Below, in pieces: positions 26,301-35,500 of a stretch of DNA of 62,696 nt. Each line of letters begins with the position of its first letter. Within the stretch, counting starts at the first letter, position 1. The translations under genes and the position numbers were made by a program. The stretch is from Girardia tigrina. Lineage: Eukaryota. The notes below the pieces were generated by a model. The model worked only from the letters and a program-made list of their open reading frames with translations. It was not told where the DNA came from and did not search any database. The stretch is from contig MQRK01171274.1 of NCBI GenBank assembly GCA_001938485.1, positions 62,001 to 124,696 on the forward strand. Direction: 5' to 3'.

Positions 26301-29300
26301 TTTTTGATATTTTAGAATGTTTTACAAGCTACCATACTAATTCGCCTTAGAAGAATTATATGATTTTCTTATTATTTGGGCCGAGATGTTACCAGATGTC
26401 GAATTTACGATTAATGCTACTCTCCAGAAAACAATCGGCAGGAGCCCAGCAGAAGTTATATTTGGAAGGAAGATAGACAGACAAAAATGGTACAGTGAAA
26501 ACACATCAAAGAGAGAAAACACAACTGCAAGCTCACAAGACATGAATACACATATTGATGCACAAACAAAAAGAACATTTCAAGTTGGGGACAAAGTATG
26601 GGTCAAGAAGGAAAACAGAAAAAAAGATGAGGACCGATATGAAGGGCCGTACACAATAATTGAAAAGATTCACGATAGGAGTTATAGGGTAGAAGACATA
26701 CACAGGAAACAGATGGTGAGAAACGTAGAGAAGTTCAAAAATTTTAAAGAAAAGGGGGAATGTTAGGGATTAAATTGGAAGGTAAAATTTTTCATGTAGT
26801 AAATTAATTTAAATGAATAATAATAATGTAAAATTCTTTAAGAAAATTTTATCATAATAATTAAGTTAAATAATTAAACTATTTTTATGTATATAAATAT
26901 CTTATCTTATAAAAGCCCAAGTCACTCACTGCCTGCCTGCCTGCCTGCCTCACTAACGCTCATATTATCTACTTACAATTGTAAGTAGATATTTATATTA
27001 ATAATAATTCATANNNNNNNNNNNNNNNNNNNNNNNNNNNNNNNNNNNNNNNNNNNNNNNNNNNNNNNNNNNNNNNNNNNNNNNNNNNNNNNNNNNNNNN
27101 NNNNNNNNNNNNNNNNNNNNNNNNNNNNNNNNNNNNNNNNNNNNNNNNNNNNNNNNNNNNNNNNNNTGTGTCTTCTTTGTTTTAATGCATCTGTTCCACA
27201 TCCAAAATTACTCAAATTAAAATTAAAAAATGAAATTTCTTTTCTCAATTTTACCCGTCATACATGACGGGTTATTTACTAGTCTGTACTATATATGGTT
27301 GATAATTTAAATAAATTTGTTCCTCCAAAAAATAACTGAATATTGAAATAAAGAAATTGTTTTAATATTCAGAGTTTGGGAAAAAATTTCAAAAGAGTAG
27401 AAAATTGTTTATAGAAATAAATTTTTACCAAAACGTTATTTACTTTTTTTATTATGGAGTATTCGGCCGTTCCGACAGAAGATAACAATTTAAAAGTTAT
27501 TTTGTAGCAAAAATATATTTTTGTTATAATTGTCAATATTTTTATCTAATGATATTAAAGTTACTTTCGAGAGAATTGTTGAAATCTTGAATCAGATTAA
27601 CATAATTTTTCTTTCCACTTGCATCTAACTCTCCCAATTCATTTTGTTGAGCTTCGATAAATGGAAGAAAGATATTGGATAACAATTCTACATATGACCC
27701 TAGAATACTTCTGTCACCGGAGAGCTTGAAAAAATGTATATCCTAAATTGAATTATTAACATAATTAAAAGTCATAAAAATAAATCACAGTAGTCATATT
27801 TCTTTCTGTGATTGCTTGAGTTACATCTGCTTTGACAAAGACTAATCCACCCTTATCGAAAGGCAGAAGTCCAGAATGAAAACATATCATGTCTTCTTCA
27901 GTTTTTTTGACATATTTATTTCCTGTTAATATACATATATAAACATTAGAAAACATTAGATTTCATAATATACTTGTTATTTCGTTTCGAAAATTTTGAT
28001 TAAATATAAAATTCATCCATTTCAAAGTTTATTTATAGACAATACATTTCAATGGATGAAACGTCATATTCAGGTCACTGAATAATAATTTAATTTATCT
28101 GTATATAAATAGAAAAGAATTAATATATGAATTTCCCAAAATCACGCTTATCAAAAATTCTGAATAAACTTATTGAGACTACCATTTGAACATGTATTTT
28201 AGGGTAACACGAACTACTTAACAATGCTTTACAAGACACTCTCTCAATAACTATCGAAATTCTTACACAGAATCTTGAAATTAGCAGTATTAATATCACA
28301 TTTATATTTTTATTATGTTCTGCAATATTAATCTTACTCTCTTTTTTCTATTATGTTCTCGAATTCGTTTACAGAGATTACGGATTTCCAATCAAATGTA
28401 TGTGGCATCGCACCCATTACATTTATATTCAAAAAAATATCAGAACATATTTAAGGTGTAAAAGATTTATTACTGAATATATTTTGAATTTTATAAGAAT
28501 GTGACAATTTTTAAATTTAATGCATTGTTAGTTGCTTTTATCATTATATGTTTTAAGGTTTTAAATTCTTTAGAATAAGGTACAATTAAGCAATATTTCG
28601 GTATATTTCGTAGAACCATGAAGAGAAACAAAACTCGGATTTTTAGAATTATCTTTAAAAGTACCTTTTCCACTTTTTCCTATATTATTTTTTCAAGAAA
28701 AGATTTAAACTAACCATTCTGATTTAATATGAAACTTAGTTTATAAATACTTTCTACATATTTAAATAAAAGTTGAAGACAGAGACTAAGATCAATAAAT
28801 TAAGTCTGTAATCATGTTTGTTTACAAAAAATGTCCGGTGAAGTAAATAAATCTGTATAAGTTTGGTTTCTATAAATTCCAGTCTCGTAACTGAAGAAGT
28901 TTTTCAACCAAAAGATGCAGAACAGGTAAGATTTCATTTGTTTCATCTTGAACTGTAAAAGCAACATTTAGGTGTAACGAAAGTATTTTTGCTTAATTTT
29001 ACGTAATTCTGAATGATGTAAAACCTTTAGAAATACATTGTTAAAAGCAAATATTAATGAATAAATTTAAAAACTATATCACTATTTCATAAAATTTAAA
29101 ATATGTTCAGTAATAAATCTATTATACTTTTAACAATATTTTCTGATATTTATATGAATATAAATGTAAATGGTGCGATGACACATACATTTGAAAGACT
29201 GTCAGTCATCTCTGTAAACGAATTCGAGAACAAAGTCAAAAAATAATAAAAATAATTTTGCAGAACATAAGAAAAAATGTAGATGTGATATTAATAGTGT

Positions 29301-32300
29301 TAATTTCAAAATTCTGTGTAGGAAATTCGATATTTATTTATTTAGAGCATTGTTAATTAGTTCGTGTTATTCTGAAATCCATGTTCAAATGACAGTCTCA
29401 ACAAGCTTATTCAGAATTTTTGATAAGTGGGATTTTGTGCAATTGATTACATATTAATTCGTTTGCATTTATATACAGATAAATTAAATTATTAATCAGT
29501 GATCTGAAGATAACGGTTGATCTGTCGAAATATATTGTCTTTAAATATATTTTGAAATTTATGAGTTTTGTTATAAATAAAAATATTTATCTGCATTGAA
29601 GCTTCTGAAATATAAAACAATAAAATTTATGAAGCAAATAGAAACAATAAATTGAAACCCTTTAATACTAGTCCATATTCTGTTATAAGAAAGCGGTATT
29701 GTTTTGTGTCCAGATTAGTTTGTAAAATAATTCATGTCTTTCTTTTTATGGTTGATCTGTGCAGATTATGTTCCCTAACTAAATAAGGTATAACGTTAAT
29801 AAGTCGTTGGAAGTGTTTCAGTGAGTGTAAAAACCTTTTCTACTAAAGTTGGATATTAATGAGTATTGCTTAATTATAAAAAAACAAACAAAAACAATTG
29901 CATCCTTTACTTTGAGAAGAGAATAATGACTAATTCCGATCCTCAATTTCACCATTTGAGAAACCTCACGCGAACCGCGTTTGAAAAGATATATATCTTC
30001 CCCGTGATCATTGATCACTTCTATTTTCACGTCTTTTTAGACCATGTTCTACAATTGTCCTCTTCAATTATTGGAAATCTATTTTTTTCAAATAACGAAA
30101 GTCGTTTCGTTGCAAAGATGTGCTTATATTTTTCGTGTATATTTTCAATGAATCATTAATTTGAGACTAAAACTGAATAAAATCAATAAGAGAATCTGAC
30201 AAAACTGATGTCATGTATTTTGAATTAATTTAACTTTACTAAAAAGTTCGAGCAAGGTAAAAATAGAAGCCAAAAGTCAAAATATATTCCGGCAAAGGAA
30301 GCAGTAAATTATCGGTACAAAAAGGTGAGGAAGACAACTATATAAAACATCTCTTGGATACATACTTATTGGAGTTTTCTAAAAAGCCCTTGTAAAACGA
30401 AAATATTATTTTTATACTTATATACATTCAGTGATCAAAACTAAAATTGATGCAAACTTAAAAGCTCATAATCTGTAATATTTGTGTATTGAGCAGGATA
30501 AATTGGTATTCGCTTTCGTTTTAAAGATATAACATCTTAATAAGCATAAAATGGGACAATATTGCAATATATTTCATAATACTATCATGTACAAATCATC
30601 TACAGTTTAGTTATTCGTTTTCGATGATTTTTTTCCTTTAAATTAAGCTACTCCAGGTAGCTAAAATTATTTTTCTGAAAGGAAGGTGAGCTAGTATTTT
30701 GTTTTGATATTGAGGGCCTAATGAATGCCTTACGAATCCCTCATAACCAAAAGAAATTGAAAGAATATATGAACTCTTCGAAATTCAGTCTTAAACATGT
30801 TGCGCAATGAAAACTGCCTTACATATTCTATTAGTTCACAATATCCTCATGAGACATATGATAAATTAATGTAACTTTGGAATTTGAATTATTATAACAA
30901 GTGCAACTAACATTTCAGTGACGACTTGCAGGTAATTGTCCTTACAATGAGACTGCAGCAGAGATAATCTTGTGAATGAAATAACCGAACAAGTAAAATA
31001 TTTACAGCTGGTGAAGAATTTTCAGCTGCAGATGACTCTCTTAACAGACTGCTACTAATCATGCAGGACTATAAATTGCTGAGTGGTTGCAATTGTTGAG
31101 ACAGGTGCATGTCACACAAATATCATCATCCGAAGTTGATCAAGAAATATTTATTAACATCACAAAAATAAATCCGAATACAAATATAACATTCAACAAA
31201 CAAGATTGTAATGTGAAAAATAAATGATTACATAAATAAAATGAATTGCTTCACTTCAAAACTTTTTTTCTGCTAACTAATTGAGTTTCCATAGTTTTTT
31301 TATTTAGTGCGACTAAACAACGAAACATGTTTTTGTCTTTTTTCCTGTTTTGTGCTAGTCAAACTAACGTCTTTACACTGTTTGGTTGCTTTTTGGGAAA
31401 AAAGATATGTTAATTAAGTTTATGTATGTGAGTAGGGATAGTTACGTAATAATTATTGTGTGATTGCTGATGACATTGATTGTGTAAAGTCAGTTGTGAT
31501 GATACAATAAAATGGGTTACTTGTCTGATGTTAAATATATGCTGAATGTATGTTGATAGTATATATGTGTTTGAGAGTGTAAACCAATGAAAAGGCTTTG
31601 AAAATGTGAGTTATTATAACATCACTATTTTCATCATTAAATAGTCGAGATTTTGGATATTGTGTTATAATTAATAAATATTATAATCGGAATTAATCAT
31701 TTTATTTTAAATGGATAACAATGTAGATAAAATAATTTTATGATAATCCAATTTACATTTGTAGATGACTTTTTAAATTTAGATTTCTTTATTCATATAA
31801 CTATTAAAAACTTTAAACTAATTATTGAGATTTATTTAAAAATAAATTTGTTAATGATTCAATAATTAAGGGTCACTACGACATCTACCATGTTGAGAAA
31901 GAATTTCGTAAAATTTAATTTCTTGATACTTTAATTAACTAAATCTACTTTTCAGTTCCCCGATTTTTTGTAAAAAAAACTCAATTTGACACGAAAAGCA
32001 TGTGCCAGTTTTAAAAAAATACAATTGATGAACATGATTATCTCTAAATATTGGATGTACTACATTTTTACAACTGATGGTCGCATTGGGATTTTCAGTC
32101 ACGGTCACTAAAATCTATTAATACGTTGAGTTCATTAAACTGAGCCGATTTTTTAATTTAATTAAAATACCCAAATAGAATTTTCAAACGCTACACAAAG
32201 GATTGTCGTTAACTACAAGTAAAAGAATATTTTTTATTAAGAAAGCGTAAAAGAGCTAACTCAAACCTGTATTTGCTAAATTATGTAAATAAATTACTAA

Positions 32301-32504
32301 ATAAATTACTCTCTTACTAAATTATGTAAATAAATATAAAAGAAAAGTTCATTAATAATAATGAATATCTAATTTAGAATAACTAATAAACACAAATGTA
32401 GAGCTAAAAGACAAAATTAAAAATCAAGACAAGATGATAATAATTTCGATGAATATATAGAAAATTTAAATTACTTTTGTTAATGATTGGTGGATTCGAA
32501 TATT

Positions 32505-32542
<38 letters not shown>

Positions 32543-35500
32543 CTTCGGATGAATAATTAAAATGGATCTAAATATTGTTTGGATTGTCGAGAATGAAAAA
32601 ATATAGGACTGATAGATTCGGATATTTTAAGGATGTATTTTCAGCTGAATAATCAAAATTGATTAATGCATCGTTTGGATATGGGGATAAGTAATCAAAT
32701 TGTTGGATAATGGAGAAGATAATTGCTTCGATAAAGTATTTAAGATGATATTTGGGATTGTGGAGAATGAACATATAATTCTTGATAGTCAAAATTGTAG
32801 ATTTTCAATCACAATAAAAACAAACAGCGAGTCGGTAAAACTTGTTAATAAAAATGATAATTTATAAAAATATTGTGATCGATTAATGGATCAAAATTTC
32901 AAAATTCAAATATAAATATTGCATTTAGGCAATATGGAAATTTGAATTATAAATAGTAAACACATAAATAAAAATAAAATAACACATAATACAAGTTAAA
33001 TAAAATATATAAATATTTATATCATAGTGAATATTGTAATAAATGCATATCATAAACTTTATAAATAAAAATAAATATAAATAGGAAAAATTATTTCTTT
33101 TTAAATAAATGAATTGATGTCAGATTATTTACAGAAAGCATAAAATTAGAATCATTATAAACACTACAGAGAGAATAATTTAAATAAGTCATTAATAAGG
33201 CCTTGTTAGAAACAATGTTATAAATTCAGTAAGTTCATTTTTATATTTCTCCGAGGCCGCGGGTTGTACATCCGTGCTCTAAATGGTTCAACAATTCATT
33301 GTAATTAAGAACACATAAAACAAGGCGTCTCGACTTATAAAGACAATTTTACACTAATTCTCATTTTTATAATTTTCCTTTAGCTACAAAAAATTAATTG
33401 AGGATTGAAAATATGCTGAATTTTTTATACTGTTAGATGAGTTTGTTGTTACTACCATTATTATTTTTTTAAAACTATTTTAATTTTTATCATAAAAAGT
33501 ATTTTTTTTCTTTCTAATATTTTCATAACTTACAATTAAATAATACATATTTCATCAAACACATAATTTTTAAAAAATACAGTTTACTATATGTAGAATG
33601 TGAAACAATTCGAAATAATCAAAAACAATTGAAAATCAACAAATAATATTTATTAAGCTCTCAATTGCAAATAAACGCGTGATTTCCAAAATCAGCTGAA
33701 TATTAAAACAAAAATAACATATTCGATTTTCTACAATCCTAAACCACATTATAAATGACCGAATATGTCTTTAATAAAATTTCAAGTTGGAATAGTTACT
33801 TATAAAGCAAAATTTTGAATGTATTTTTATGTTTTATGTTTCAGTCATGTTTAGAATACTTTCAGTTTTTGACAGTATATTTACGAAATATGGAAATCAA
33901 TTTACTGAAAACAGCCTCAAGGGGATTTTAAAAGAATGGAATCGGGTGAAAATGTACAATTTTCCATTGTTTTCTTTAAATATGATGGTTATAAATAATA
34001 TATAAATGTATATTTATAATTGTGCGCCCCAATGATTGGATGCATTCAAAGTCTGATAGTTATTTTTTCTTACCTCTATAATATAAGGTTATAAACATTT
34101 AGAAAAGTTGTAAGTAGATGATAAAACATTCACTATTATGATATATATTTAAAATAAGAATTTCTTTTCAATTTTAAATCCATTTAATGTAATTTTTCTT
34201 CGATTAAATTATAAAATAATACAGTTACCAGCATTTAATAATCTAAATGTGGCGTTAATAAAAAATGTGATTAATGATTTTGCTTTAAACAAAAAACAAA
34301 GATGCTTTGTTTTTTTAAAAAAAGTAAGTAAATTTATATATTTATTTATAAAACTTAATTAATCACCAAAAATATCAGATTTGGTGAGGCAGTCTCGATA
34401 ACGCCTCGATGGGGTTGAGGAAAGGCGAATATGGAGGAAGGTTTATGATAGTGTGATTTGAGATCGTGTTTATGTGGATCCGGGCATTGTCATGGATTAA
34501 ATAATCTGGTGTCCGGGGTAATTTGGCAGACAATTCAGTTATGAATGTTTGATATTTGATATGATCCAAGCTTCCACACTGAACTTGGAATAAAAGGGTC
34601 CTTCTTTGGAGATTGCCATAACGAGGGATATATTTTTGCCCCTATTAGTAGGTACCACTACATTGACTGGACATCCTTTCTTCGATCATCCTGATGTCCT
34701 TCCGGGTTCACAAGTTAAACCTGATTTCATCAATATATATACATTGATTCATCCGCCAACCTTCTTTTAGAAACCGATTGGCGTATTGATATCGGATCTC
34801 TTTAACCCGGTCGGAATTCCTTTCCTGAACTGAGCCTCGAATTTTCTTAATCGTTACCAGCTGCTAAGTCAGTAATCGGAATATTGTTGACTCCGAAATA
34901 TTGATATGCTTATTATGATGCACATATCTTTTCATTTCGGTCAACGTAGATTGGGGTTTCTCCTCAATGAATTGAATAATGAAATCCCCGATTTCATTGT
35001 TAATTATTGATTTTTTGTATCCTCCCCGCTTTCCGGTTGATATTATCCATAATTTGCGGTACTTGTAAATTATTGTTTTCGCTATTATATCTGAAATATT
35101 CAGTTGTCTGGCTAAAGTCAGATAATCCTCTGACTTATTGAAGGCTCTAATAAGCCTTTGCATGTTAATTTCTGAAATTCTGTAAGAAATAAATAAATGA
35201 TGATTTAAATTTAATGGAATTTACAATTTTCGAGTTTTCTTCTCCCGACATGCCTCTGTTCTTTCACTATCTTCAGATAAACTGATAAAAAAATTAATAA
35301 AAAATAATTATTATTAATTATTAACTTCATTACAGTGTCTTCAGCACTGTTAATTTGGGAATAATGAAAATTATCCATTTTTTTATTAAATGACGGATTT
35401 TTTATTAAATGCATGAAAATAGTGTGTAAAAAGTGTGTATTGACTTGTGTATGTGTGTTGTGTGTGTTTAGGGGGAGACGTTATTTTATATATTTAACAT

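Noticed and set aside
9398-29194. UGA reassignment (non-standard code) suggested by the recurrent YI-TGA
   Set aside because: No in-frame TGA appears in the dynein or PACSIN exons I translated, so an inherited lesion is simpler.
29810-33300. Short ORFs and GC patches in the 8-kb dynein intron as extra exons
   Set aside because: Exons 2 and 3 already join in frame and are collinear with DNAH5; no recognisable motifs.
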